DNA of 64,000 bases from Pocillopora damicornis. Its lineage: Eukaryota. The translations under genes and the position numbers were made by a program. The stretch lies in assembly GCF_003704095.1 (NCBI RefSeq), contig NW_020844487.1, positions 186,001 through 250,000 of the forward strand. The letters are read 5' to 3'. The notes beneath the pieces are model-generated. The model saw only the letters and a program-made list of their open reading frames with translations. It had not been told where the DNA came from and did not search any database. How positions within the stretch are numbered: the first letter of the stretch is position 1; each line of letters starts with the position of its first letter. Shown in pieces: positions 25,428 through 36,397 of the stretch.

Positions 25428-26435
25428 ATGACATCGAACTCCAACAAAGACGAAAAACCTCATCACTTTTCTTCATCAAATGAGTCGACTGGCGACAACT
25501 TACTTCGTAAGTGGGCTGAACCTTCCCCAAACTGGCTAAAAGCCATCAAGGAATGGAATTGGCTGTGGAAAGCTCATGTCTATGGTTTCGGAGGACTTTT
25601 TGTTCTTGTAGCGCTGTACGCGATTATGTGCTGTATCTCTTCTCGTAAAACTGTCTTAACACAACACAGAGCCCATCGCACTGTAATGAACTTCATTTTG
25701 CTTGTTGCGGGATTTCTTCGATCTTTGATCCTCTTTTGGGATCCTTATGCCTCCAGTAGCGACACAACAGACTTGCAGCTCCTCTTCTGCATTATTTCTT
25801 GGGGAATATCCACAGCTTGTATCACATCAAGTTTTAGCATCATGCTTCTGATCTTTTTGGAAACTACTATGACCTCACTGGGTCCCGCCCGTCTTAAAAA
25901 CTTACCGTGCCTGCTTTCAATAACTCTGGTTAACGTCGTTTACTTACTGATGTCTGACTTAGTGGTTTGGTTTCATCATGAAGCGAAGGTGATGATCTTT
26001 ACATGTCATGTTACATTTGCGGTCTGGGGACTAGCGGTGTCAGTTGGGTATTCAGTTGCCGGAATCAGAATGTGGCGCAATTTAAAATCATCTCTGGGTA
26101 GAACTTTCTTCAACCGAGCGTTAGACAGAGACTTCAGACGACTTAAGAGATTATTTATTCAGATGTGTTGGGCATCTTGTATAGGAATATTCAAGTTTTC
26201 GCTGTCACTGTACAATGCTATTGGGGAATACGGTGTTTTTTCCGATATTGGTTATGTCAAAAGCTGGCCTTGGTTTGCGGTGCAGTCATCTTTAAGACTT
26301 TTAGAGTTTCTTATTTGCTTTTTTATTTTCCTCATTGCCTTTAGGAATGGGAAAAATAACAGTCACACCAACCCTGAGATTTTTTCCAATGAACTGAACC
26401 AACGACAGCATTTAGAGTCGAATGTACCCAACTAA
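25428..26435 (+). CDS. PRRT3/PRRT4-like multi-pass membrane protein, copy 2 (intact, intronless)
   Basis: AAACATGA start at 25428, in frame with the ORF-track call that begins at GTG 25317. WxxHVYGFGxLF motif, R-x-L-x-L-F-W-D-P-Y motif and ~7 hydrophobic segments ending WPWFAVQSSLRLLEF, as in PRRT3/4-family TM domains. Confidence 0.82.
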   Translation: MTSNSNKDEKPHHFSSSNESTGDNLLRKWAEPSPNWLKAIKEWNWLWKAHVYGFGGLFVLVALYAIMCCISSRKTVLTQHRAHRTVMNFILLVAGFLRSLILFWDPYASSSDTTDLQLLFCIISWGISTACITSSFSIMLLIFLETTMTSLGPARLKNLPCLLSITLVNVVYLLMSDLVVWFHHEAKVMIFTCHVTFAVWGLAVSVGYSVAGIRMWRNLKSSLGRTFFNRALDRDFRRLKRLFIQMCWASCIGIFKFSLSLYNAIGEYGVFSDIGYVKSWPWFAVQSSLRLLEFLICFFIFLIAFRNGKNNSHTNPEIFSNELNQRQHLESNVPN

Positions 26436-26842
26436 GCGGTGATTACTTGGCATGACTCAATAGGATATGAACAAACCAATCACAAGAGAGGAAGGCTTAC
26501 AATAAAGCATCAAGGAAATGATAATCAATCAACTTTACCGAGTCAAAATAAGAAATACCATTCTAAAAACTTCAATTAATTTGGCGCTGATTATCAGTGA
26601 CTTCCATTCAGGTTATCGAAACTTAATTAATCATTTTACTTCCGGCATTCGTTTATCAGGTGTACTCCAAAACTCAGACGATCAAAACCTGATCATAAGT
26701 TGATATGATAAATATAATATCTCGGGTTGGAAACCAGCTTTCTACAAAAATATTAATTTTAGGAGTTTTGACGTTCTTTTCAATTTCAATGCTACCCGAT
26801 TTTCGAGATCGATATTGAAGTTCTTATCACGGTACAGAGATT

Positions 26843-27024
26843 TTAACCCTTTAATTCCCTTGAGTGACCAAGACAGAATTTTTCCTTACAATATCAGTAC
26901 AGTATCAACCGGGAAAGTGATGAGAATAAAGAAAAGTATCAGTTGGGGATAATTGGTCGATCCAATACTAAATGAACTAACTGTATGGAGAATTTCAAAT
27001 TTGATCTGGGAGTTAAAGGGTTAA
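26843..27024. mobile_element. piggyBac-like MITE (TTAA-CCC...GGG-TTAA)
   Basis: Ends TTAACCCTTTAATTCCC and GGGAGTTAAAGGGTTAA form terminal inverted repeats bounded by TTAA. Confidence 0.75.
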
Positions 27025-27481
27025 ATGGTGGCGGATGGATTTCTTCACATCGGTCATTAGCAGAAGTTCACCACAGGACAAGAATGTATTTATAGGAATG
27101 CCATACAAGTCACAACTCCACCATGCTATAATATTGCCTTTCCAGGCAAATGGTTGATTGTCGAGTACGAATCGCGCGGTAGTGCGTGTGGTATGTGCTC
27201 ACTTGCCATGACAAGACTTGCGTGACAAGCGTTTCTCCCCAGTCTCACTCTACCTTTCTTCATGGCGCGCTCCAAACCTTTCACTGAGCTCTGTATACAT
27301 TTATTTAATGATCGCAAAAAGATGAATATCACTCCTACCTAAACAGAATAGAAAGAGTATCCAAAATTGTTGACTTTTAAATAGTTGTACGGCGGCTGCT
27401 GTAAGACTGCTCTATACGTCACACAGAAGGTCACGCTATCACCTTTTTTTCATACCCACACATTGCTCGCCCAAGATGAGC

Positions 27482-27607
27482 AAAGAATCAAGTATAGCAG
27501 GTAATTTAGTGTTTAAGGGCTAACGCTCGAAACGTCAGCTTTTTTACCCTTTACAGTGGCTAATTTACGTTTTCAACCCAGTTGTTAACACTAAATTACC
27601 TGCTATA

Positions 27608-27652
<45 letters not shown>

Positions 27653-27668
27653 TTTAAAGAATCAAGTA
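27482..27668 (+). mobile_element. Penelope-like terminal-repeat insertion with 5' inversion and target-site duplication
   Basis: Direct repeat AAAGAATCAAGTA at 27482-27494 and 27656-27668. The 5' segment AGTATAGCAGGTAATTTAGTGTT is the reverse complement of internal AACACTAAATTACCTGCTATACT. Contains AGGGCTAACGCTCGAAACGTCAG. Confidence 0.75.
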
Positions 27669-27761
27669 ACCTACTATGATTGAGTGATATGGTGTACGTT
27701 ACAAATCGTTTTCTCTTACACGACATACCTTATGCGTACGTGAGAAGTAGTGGCGACCGCC

Positions 27762-29477
27762 ATGGCGACTACTACGGCGGAAGAGGCAGAGGAGAAAACT
27801 TACGAGGATTTTAAAGACGAGTTGCTCCAAAAACTCCATGAGTTCAGAGAAACGAACATTCTCTGTGATACGATAATTCGAGCCCAAGGACAGGACTTCC
27901 CTGCTCACAAATGTGTTTTATCAGCTGCCAGCCCATACTTCCGGGGCATGTTTTCAAATGACTTGAAAGAAAAGGAAAGTAATCTTGTAGAGTTACAGGA
28001 TATCAAATCTTCGACACTGACTGATGTTCTTCGGTATATTTATACTGGTAGAACGCGAATTGACTCTTCCAACGCAAAAGATTTGGTGATGACCGCAGAC
28101 TATTTGATCATTCCAAGGTTAAAAAGGAGAGCAACCCTTTTCCTCGAAGGAACATTGAATGCTTCTAATTGCCTGGCTTTCGAATCGTTTGCTTCTCGGT
28201 ACAACTGCGAATCACTAAAAAAAGCTGCAGTTGCCTATAAGATGGAAAAATTCGTAGATGTCGCGAAATCCGAAGATTTCAGATTGCTTGATGTGGAGAA
28301 AGTTAAAGAACTGATTTGCATGGACGAGATAAACGTGGCCGAGGAAGAGGAAGTGTATGAAGCAGTAATGGCCTGGGTAAAACATGATCTACCATTCAGA
28401 GAATCTTTACTTTTGGATCTTCTGAAATTTGTTAGACTGTTTTCAATATCCAAGTACAGATTACGAATGATTTTGGACGAAGAGTTAGTCAGAAAGGACC
28501 CAATTTGTATGAGAGAAGTGATAACTGCGCTAGATTTGTCTCTATTTCCAGAATATTTCCAAGACAAAACACTAAATCCCCGCCTTTCGTTAGGAAAATA
28601 TGAACAAGTCGTGATCCTAAATGTTGAATATTGTAGTTTTTTAGACCAAAAAACGCTAGGTTTTGTACTTTCTAGCTCAGAATGGTTATCCCTCCCCCAA
28701 GTGCCTTCATATTCTCAGAGTGCTACCGTGTGTGGCGGACAGTTGTATGTAATGGGTGGAAAGAACTCAAATTCAGTGTGTTGTTTTAATCCAAAACAAA
28801 TTAAGTGGAGCACTCTTGACATGACCATGGATAGAAAAGGCTTTACAGTCACATCTTTTCAAGAAGAAATGTATGTAATAGGTGGAGAGGATTCATGGCA
28901 TGATGTTCAAATCTATGATCCAGTCTTCAATAAATGGAGACAAGGTGTCTCAATGGAAACTGCTCGAGCTGAACACAGTGCAGTTGTACTACAAGAACAT
29001 ATTTATGTCATTGCAGGTCACAATGGTGAGGTTTGTCAAAGCAGTGCTGATTGTTATAATCCATTAACTGACCAGTGGACTGAGATCTCAGGTATGTCTC
29101 AAGCACGAAGGTGTGCTGCTGCTGTGGCAGTTGGAAGAAACCTTTTTATTGTGGGAGGATTTGGTGACATGACAAGATATACCATAGAACCTTCCTGTGA
29201 AATATTTGACCCAGGAGCCAATCAATGGAGCCTAATGCCCAGTCTTAGTATTCCTCGTGCTGCAAGTGGTATTGTGAGTACTGGAAACAAGGTTTATTTG
29301 TTTGGAGGGGAGGATGAGAAGCATTGCAGGAAGGAAGTGCTATGTTGTGATATAGGAGAAAATGAATGGTACGAAATATCAGTTTTACCATCTGAATGCT
29401 CATTTTTGCAAGCATCATTGCTCAAATTGCCTAAGGAGTTGATATCATCTAATTCTGAAAGATATGGAAAACTGTGA
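27762..29477 (+). CDS. Kelch-like protein (BTB-BACK-Kelch), intronless, paralog 1
   Basis: GCCATGG Kozak context at 27762. BTB (LCDTII...FPAHKCVLSAASPYFRGMF), BACK (EEEVYEAVMAWVKHD) and Kelch repeats with GG/Y/W signatures (LYVMGG, MYVIGG, IYVIAG, FIVGG, VYLFGG). Confidence 0.95.
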   Translation: MATTTAEEAEEKTYEDFKDELLQKLHEFRETNILCDTIIRAQGQDFPAHKCVLSAASPYFRGMFSNDLKEKESNLVELQDIKSSTLTDVLRYIYTGRTRIDSSNAKDLVMTADYLIIPRLKRRATLFLEGTLNASNCLAFESFASRYNCESLKKAAVAYKMEKFVDVAKSEDFRLLDVEKVKELICMDEINVAEEEEVYEAVMAWVKHDLPFRESLLLDLLKFVRLFSISKYRLRMILDEELVRKDPICMREVITALDLSLFPEYFQDKTLNPRLSLGKYEQVVILNVEYCSFLDQKTLGFVLSSSEWLSLPQVPSYSQSATVCGGQLYVMGGKNSNSVCCFNPKQIKWSTLDMTMDRKGFTVTSFQEEMYVIGGEDSWHDVQIYDPVFNKWRQGVSMETARAEHSAVVLQEHIYVIAGHNGEVCQSSADCYNPLTDQWTEISGMSQARRCAAAVAVGRNLFIVGGFGDMTRYTIEPSCEIFDPGANQWSLMPSLSIPRAASGIVSTGNKVYLFGGEDEKHCRKEVLCCDIGENEWYEISVLPSECSFLQASLLKLPKELISSNSERYGKL

Positions 29478-31667
29478 ACACTTTGATAGGATTGAGACAG
29501 GTCATGTGTTCAGTGACTAATCATAATAAAAGTTAGGAAATGCAAGCAAACCTCAAAACCACAAACTGATTACAATAGCCATGAACAGTTAAGATTTATA
29601 ATTCAATAAATAGTTCTGGTGTTCTCAATTTCCTGAGTTGCACTGTAATTCCTGGTCACCAAAGGTATCTCTCCACTTAAGTATGGGGCAGTTGCTGAGG
29701 TTTTGTGGCCAACAATATGTGAAATCAATAGAAAAAAACTGTGAAGTTGTCTTTAAAAAAAAAGACCTACCACAGATAAAATAATTTTACTCAAGGATTC
29801 TACTGAACATAAGAGTTGTACAAATCTAATACTGTGGGTCTGCCTTATTCTACTAAAAACTTAAAAATTAACAGACCATACTAACATGACAGTCAATGCT
29901 TTTGTTGCAATAATTTAGCATGATAATTAACAAGTTAGCATAATTGTCTTTTTTCTAGAGAGATGTGTAAAATAGGCACCAGTGATTAGCCCTTTCTAGT
30001 AAGAGGGTTTTATAGTAACATCATACAGGGGTTTGGAGATGTTCAATTATTTTTGTATGTTATTTTTGTTGTATTGTATGTGCAATCTTCTGGACAAGAG
30101 AAGAATAACATTAAATCCTAGCTGTCTCTAACAAAGCTCTTCTACTAAGCCACTTTTGGCAACCTAACTTAGGCTGTCTCTTCTCACAAACTCTCATTCT
30201 TTGTCGCCATAGAGAAAGATTGCTGTTTTTTTAGAACCAATTCAGCACACATATGAAGTTTCAATTTTTGTAGAATTTCAACTATATGAATTGGGTTGGA
30301 GCCCACAAGGTGTGAGGTAATCATAAATGAAAGCAACAATTGCCAAATGTTAAACAGCACTATGTGATCTAAATTTCCATGAATCATTCAATTGTTCTAT
30401 CAGGTTAAGGACTGTTTCGTGCTTCAAAAGTTTAGCTATGACATTTAAGTTTCATTTGTCTTGTGTTGAACCAATTGGCTATTTATTGACTTGCTGTATA
30501 TTGTTTCAATAGAATCTTTCCAGAATTTCTTTTGTTTTCATTGCTACTGTGAAAAGCTATTTTGGGCCAAGCCTTCTCAGTACAAGAAGTTTAAATCCTT
30601 TGTTAACTACATACAAAAACTATCAGCTGCCATTCCTGATGTAGAGTTTATCATTGATTGGCAGTGGTTGTTGCCTTAATTTGAAGTTTCTGTCCAAGGT
30701 TATTACAATCTGCAGTTGGGACTTATTCATATCTTTTCCTCTCTATTGAGGCAAGAGATAAAGGAAAATTGGGAGTTGGCAGTTGCATGGGAGAGATGTT
30801 ACAAGACAAAAACTACAAATTTTTATAATTGGATAACTTAGACAATGTGGAGTATGATGTATAAAGTTATCCTGTCATGCTTGTCAGTCTTGTATTCATG
30901 TAAAAATAAATCTCTGTAGAGTTTTCTTCACACCTCACTCATTGGACACAGAATGACACCATACACTACAAATGATAATTTTCCATCATTTTAAATTGTA
31001 TGAGCATTCCATGTGTTTGCAACTGACTTCAATTCTCATCACTGGAATAATACATTTTCATAAACCATGGATCTGCCAATTTCATCCATCATTGGAAGTA
31101 GTTCCAGGGGAATAATAATGTATTTGTGGGAATATCTTTCATCAGGCTGCCTGTTTCTAAAGATTAAATTTTTTAGAGTGAGTGGTGTCATTCCTCAGCT
31201 TTCTTGTGGGCCTTTATGCTGTGCACGTGACAAGCACCTCTGCCAACTATACTCTTTGTTTTTACGTGCCCTAATCGTTTTGTTATAATCTTATGCATGT
31301 TTACGGAATAATCAGGCTGATCTCATGACTTATCTACTGGTCAATAAGGTTAGTCTCATCACACTCTACCACCTTTCACCGAGTGCTTCAAATGAGTCCC
31401 CAATAAGAGTCAAACCAATGACCTTCCAATCAACATTTCTGGCACTCTACCACTAGGCAATGAGAGACTCATTTGCAAGAGGTTTTAGAAAGTGGTACAC
31501 ATCTTTAGTACCAATGGGAGGTTGTGGGTTTGACTCCTAGTGGGAGCACTTGAAGTTCATTTTCTTCAAGTATACCACTGTCATTCACTAATATCATCTT
31601 TCACCAGGCTTATCACTCACCATCTTCATTTGCAGTATCATTGCGCACCCGCTTCATGGTTATTTCC

Positions 31668-31743
31668 AAGCTCGATCCCAGGGTCCTCATTCTTCCCCTC
31701 CTTTCTCGAGGGAGCAACAGAGAGGACCGTGGGAACGAGGTTG
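31668..31743. mobile_element. Short MITE-like hairpin repeat
   Basis: CAAGCTCGATCCCAGGGTCCTC ... GAGGACCGTGGGAACGAGGTTG form imperfect terminal inverted repeats. Confidence 0.55.
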
Positions 31744-31849
31744 AAACACACGCAGTGAGCCAGTGAGTGTGCCATGCGTTGGAAAATTGTCACCATACTA
31801 TACTTTGTTTCCTCATACATGACATATCTACTGCCGTTGTGCTTGTGCA

Positions 31850-32036
31850 TAGCCCAGATGTAGCCGTACCCTCCCCCGCTAAGTTGAAACGGAAGCGAGG
31901 GAAATTCTACAAAAACTTGACACCAATCGTGTTTTATGAAGTCACTCTTTTGCAAGAAAATATATAATGGCTTTTAATTGGTTAACCCTCCCTTCCGTTT
32001 CACCTTTCGGGGGAGGGTACGGCTACACTTAGGCTA
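31850..32036. mobile_element. MITE with ~27 bp terminal inverted repeats, immediately upstream of Kelch paralog 2
   Basis: TAGCCCAGATGTAGCCGTACCCTCCCC ... GGGGAGGGTACGGCTACACTTAGGCTA, with subterminal inverted GAAACGGAAG/CTTCCGTTTC. Confidence 0.75.
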
Positions 32037-32062
32037 CCTTTACACTTTGTGATTTGATTAAC

Positions 32063-33799
32063 ATGGCAACGTTCGCGTTAAAAGAAGCTGAGGATAGAAC
32101 TTTCGATGGCTATAAAGATGAGTTGCTCCACAAACTCAACGAACTCAGAGAAACAAACACTCTTTGTGATGCGACCATTCGAGTTCAAGGCCAGGATTTT
32201 CCGGCCCATAGATGTGTTCTTTCTGCGGCAAGCTCTTACTTCCGAGGTATGTTTACTAGTCCTCTGAGAGAAAGAAAAAGCGGTCTTGTTGAGTTACGGG
32301 AGATCAAATCATCCACATTCGGCGATGTTCTTTGGTTTATTTACACTGGTGAGGAGGTTAGCACTACCTTTGCTAACGCGCAAGACTTAGTGATGGCCGC
32401 CGACTATTTGATCATGCCAAGTTTGAAAGCGAAAGCTGCTTTTTTCCTCGAAAGCACATTAAATGCCACCAATTGCATGGCCTTAGAATCATTTGCTTCT
32501 CGGTATAACTGTGAAACGCTAAAGCAAGCGGCAGTTACCTATAAAGTCAAACATTTTGTAAGGGTGACGCAATCGGAAGACTTTAGAAAGCTGAATTTAG
32601 AGAAAGTTAAGGAACTGATTTGCATGGACGAGATAAACGTGGCAGAAGAAGAGGAAGTGTATGAAGCAGTGATGGCCTGGTTGAAACATGATCTACCATC
32701 CAGGGAATGTTTACTCCTGGAACTGTTGCAGTGTGTAAGATGGTTTTCAATGTCCAAGTACACCATGCGAAAGATCCTCCATGAAGAGTTGATCAGGAAG
32801 AACCTAACTTGTACAAGGTTAGTTGTCGATGCTTTGGATCTTGTTGTATTCCCAGCTTGTTCTCAAGATACTTCACAAAGATCTCGCTTGTCTTTAAGTG
32901 GTTATGAAAATGTAGTGATCCTCACTGGTTCAGAAGATGATTTCCCAGAGGAAACTTGTGACTGCTTTGTGCCTGCTTCTAACACCTGGGTGTCCTTACC
33001 CAATATACCTATACCACGTGTTCATCATGGTGCTGCAGTTTGTGGCGGAGTGTTATACGTGATGGGTGGAAGCGAATCAACTCCGGTGTGTTGCTTTAAC
33101 CCAAAAGAAAATGAGTGGAACACACTTGACACCACGTTGCGCAGAAAAGGCTGTACAGTTACATCGCTTAATGAGGAGCTTTATGTAATTGGTGGAGAGT
33201 ATTCATGGCGAGATGTTGAAATATTCAATCCAGTTCTTAACAAGTGGAGACAAGGAGATTCAATGGAAACTTCTCGTGCTGGACACTGTGCAGTTGCACT
33301 ACAAGAACATATTTATGTCATTGCTGGTCACAATGGTGTGAATTGTCTAAACAGTGCAGAGTGTTACAATCCATCAACTGACCAATGGACTGAGATTGCA
33401 AGCATGTCTAATGTCCGAAGGTCAGCTGCTGCTGTGGCAGTTGGCACAAAAGTGTTTGTGTTTGGAGGGTATGCTGACAATGTATTGGGGGTTATAGAAC
33501 CCTCATGTGAAGTATTTGACTCAAGCACAAGTCAATGGAGCCTGATACCAAGTCTTAGACTTCCTAGAGCAGGAAGTGGTATTGTGAGTATCGGAGACAC
33601 TGTGTATGTGTTTGGAGGAGAGGGTGTTGTTGTTGACGATGAAGAAGTATACCTGAAAGAAGACCTGGGTGATGTGCAGTGCTTTGACATAGGAACAAAT
33701 AGATGGCATAGGATATCGTTTATACCATGTGGGGAATGCTCATATGTGCAAGCATCATTGCTTAAGGTGCCAAAAAGTTTATTAATCACTAGTGACTGA
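32063..33799 (+). CDS. Kelch-like protein (BTB-BACK-Kelch), intronless, paralog 2
   Basis: AACATGG start at 32063. BTB (FPAHRCVLSAASSYFRGMF), BACK and six Kelch repeats; collinear with paralog 1. Confidence 0.95.
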   Translation: MATFALKEAEDRTFDGYKDELLHKLNELRETNTLCDATIRVQGQDFPAHRCVLSAASSYFRGMFTSPLRERKSGLVELREIKSSTFGDVLWFIYTGEEVSTTFANAQDLVMAADYLIMPSLKAKAAFFLESTLNATNCMALESFASRYNCETLKQAAVTYKVKHFVRVTQSEDFRKLNLEKVKELICMDEINVAEEEEVYEAVMAWLKHDLPSRECLLLELLQCVRWFSMSKYTMRKILHEELIRKNLTCTRLVVDALDLVVFPACSQDTSQRSRLSLSGYENVVILTGSEDDFPEETCDCFVPASNTWVSLPNIPIPRVHHGAAVCGGVLYVMGGSESTPVCCFNPKENEWNTLDTTLRRKGCTVTSLNEELYVIGGEYSWRDVEIFNPVLNKWRQGDSMETSRAGHCAVALQEHIYVIAGHNGVNCLNSAECYNPSTDQWTEIASMSNVRRSAAAVAVGTKVFVFGGYADNVLGVIEPSCEVFDSSTSQWSLIPSLRLPRAGSGIVSIGDTVYVFGGEGVVVDDEEVYLKEDLGDVQCFDIGTNRWHRISFIPCGECSYVQASLLKVPKSLLITSD

Positions 33800-35459
33800 A
33801 ATTTTCTCTCCACAAACAGTGACATCATTTCTAGGGTTTTTCACAAGTAACAATACTGGATACTTTTAGGTGGACAGATATGGCATATTGAATAAATTAG
33901 TCATTGGTTATCTCTGTCTCATTGTTTTATGAATTAGAAATGAGTTACATTATTAGCTTGCTTGGCCTCTAAACAAATTGGTGGGAAAGTTTAGAAGAGG
34001 GAAAAGAACAGTTATGTCTGGGTCTTTAAGCCTCTACAAACTTGCCCATCCCACAGGCTACCATATTATATGCCTCCCCTCCCCCCCCCGGAAAAAGAGA
34101 AAAAAAATCATAGACTTCATGCTCCTATAAAGTCCCATTCCTCTTGCTACCCAACTATATGCACCCCACTAAAATAGATCATAGCCAATGTCAGTATGTT
34201 TTATTATAACAAAAAGCTGAATTATACATGTTTTTTGATTGGTTCTTACTTATGATTTATTGGAGGACAGACACATAGGTGACGTCACTGTAAACAACTT
34301 TTTCCTCAACCATTTTGAAAAAAATCAATAAACTCAATTTTGCCACGCAACATGGAATCAGTGACACATAACAGTGGAGCCTAGTGGGTACATTGGGCTG
34401 TGTCTGATGTGCCATAAAAAAGCATAAAGATTCTTCTCTTAAATAAACCTTCTTGTGGCCTGTAAGTAATGAAACCACTTTCCTGTCAATTAAGGAGATT
34501 TAGATCATCCAAATAGTACAATTATGTTTAAAAATGTCTCCTCAGGAAGAAAAGCTTAGGTCAGGCTAAAACTGAGTCACATGCAGAAGAGTTGTTCTGT
34601 ACTAGTCTCTTTTTCACAAGAGGAGTGGTTCATAGGACTCTGTCTTGTCTTTATCAGTTTGCTAGTAGCCTTCCTAGAATATTTACCACTGTACTCTTTG
34701 TAGGTGAGTTTGTGCATCCAGGATATATCGTCTTGCACATATGAGGTCTCACACAAATACCAGCTACAGACAGGAGATACCATTAGTTGCTGGCTAACCA
34801 TTCATAATTAAACAGATAGCACTCTTACTTGAAATGAATATACAGAGGATCTTCCATGGTGCTGCAGTGTTACAAATTGGAAGAGAAATTTCTTATCTCC
34901 AAGAGACCTCAATCTACCCATTGTTAGGGCCAACATTTTCTCACACTTGACAATACGAAATTATTTGATGAAGTTTAACATGATATCATGAATAAACAAT
35001 GCTGAGGTTTTAGTTATATGCTAAAGCCAAAGACTGAGGCAGATAATGCAGATATTTTATGATATTATGCAAAAACCAAATTCAATAATTGTTTTATTAT
35101 ATTTTTTACAATCTGCAAAAGAGGACACACTACACTGACAAGGGGCTTGGAAACTACCAGTAGGCAGGCTTTGAACTCTACATGACAACACAATATCTGC
35201 TGTAGATGTTGGTTATCATGTCAACTTTGCACATTATTGAATAATGACTATAAGCTATTAACCAATCGGAGTTTTTATGGTTAAGAAGAGAGTTAAAATC
35301 AGAGTTTTAACGTTTAATCTATAATAATACATTTTAACTTGTTGTATCTCCACCCTTGTATCTCTACCCTTAGGCCTTTTAAGATACCTCAAGCCTGAAA
35401 AATGTACCCCTTCCCGGCATAACCTTATTCACTAGAGAAATTCCACCTCAGAGAACTTA

Positions 35460-35647
35460 TTTACCCTTTATACTTGAACATCATTATCTATACTCTCTAT
35501 ACTCCCCTACTGACAAGGAGAATTTGCTTAACAATCAAAGGTACCTAGGCTGGCAATCATTTCTCATCTTCATAAATAATGATTCATCACTATTACTGTC
35601 AGGAGAAATTAGATGTTGGTCACTCTTGGGGTTTCCAAAAAGGTTAA
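35460..35647. mobile_element. piggyBac-like MITE, degenerate copy
   Basis: Shares the internal CTGACAAGGAGAATTTG..AACAATCAA and GGAGAAATTAGATG..GGTCACTCTT with the copies at 39352 and 41460. Confidence 0.6.
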
Positions 35648-35798
35648 ATCACAACTTAGTCTTGGGCGTTGCGTGACATTCCCGAAGGAGTCTGCATGTG
35701 ACATGATAAGAACATTTGACCCTTTTTCTTGATTCTTCTCATTTTCCCACCTTTGATCGACTCGAATTTCTTACGGCTTCTTGTTAATTTCTTATGCA

Positions 35799-36260
35799 TC
35801 AAGAATCTTTCCGATCTGTGTCTTTCGGATCTTTGGAAAGCGTTAGTAGATATCCCGACAATAATTCTTGATACAAACTTGCAACATACCACACCGGAAA
35901 ATACTGCAAAGTTATCAAGCCGTAAACATTCCATTGTTGATTACTGTAATCCCAAGGACAGGCATTAAAATGTCTAAGCACTACACCCCAACTGAACTCC
36001 CACAGATACACCCAAATGACGTACAGAACACCTCGAACAGGCATCGGCAAGTACCACTTGTCCTTGCAAGTCAAGTACATTTGTTCAACCACAAAGCTTC
36101 CAAATCCATACTGGAAAAATGACCATAAGGAAGAGTGCCCACGGAATTTCCAGTCAAGGAAGTTCGATTCGACAAAATTAAACAACGATGTGAAGACTAT
36201 TTCATCGAAAAACCCGTGGAGACCGTAAAGGAAAATTCGTAACCAAGCGTTGACCGCCAT
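35799..36260 (-). CDS. TMEM229B: Transmembrane protein 229 (TMEM229B-like), intronless, 153 aa
   Basis: MAVNAWLRIFLYGLHGFFDEIVFT...GHSSLWSFFQYG...WEFSWGVVLRHFNACPWDYS...GLITLQYFPVWY carries the YG.HG..E, CPWDYS and GLITL motifs of TMEM229. The ATG at 36260 is preferred over the upstream extension. Confidence 0.9.
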   Translation of the reverse strand: MAVNAWLRIFLYGLHGFFDEIVFTSLFNFVESNFLDWKFRGHSSLWSFFQYGFGSFVVEQMYLTCKDKWYLPMPVRGVLYVIWVYLWEFSWGVVLRHFNACPWDYSNQQWNVYGLITLQYFPVWYVASLYQELLSGYLLTLSKDPKDTDRKDS

Positions 36261-36397
36261 ATGGTAAGAATCCCCAGCACTATACCCTCGGTTGGAGTTT
36301 CGATATGTAGTATCCAGTCCCTCCTTATCTCGGTATCCAACATGGCGTCGACAACTAGATACGCCAGTCATAGAAAACAGTTTCTATAGCGTTGACG
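36261..36397. promoter_or_regulatory. Compact bidirectional promoter between TMEM229 and the DUF445-like gene
   Basis: Only 137 bp separate the divergent ATGs. YY1-like CAACATGGCG at 36338-36347; both start codons also sit in ATGGCG. Confidence 0.6.

Noticed and set aside
31385-31550. tRNA gene
   Set aside because: Only degenerate, inverted tRNA-like halves are present with no intact cloverleaf; better explained as a repeat remnant.
36261-36371. N-terminal extension of TMEM229 called by the ORF track (190 aa)
   Set aside because: Family similarity starts at Met 36260, and the extension runs through the shared promoter of the divergent gene.
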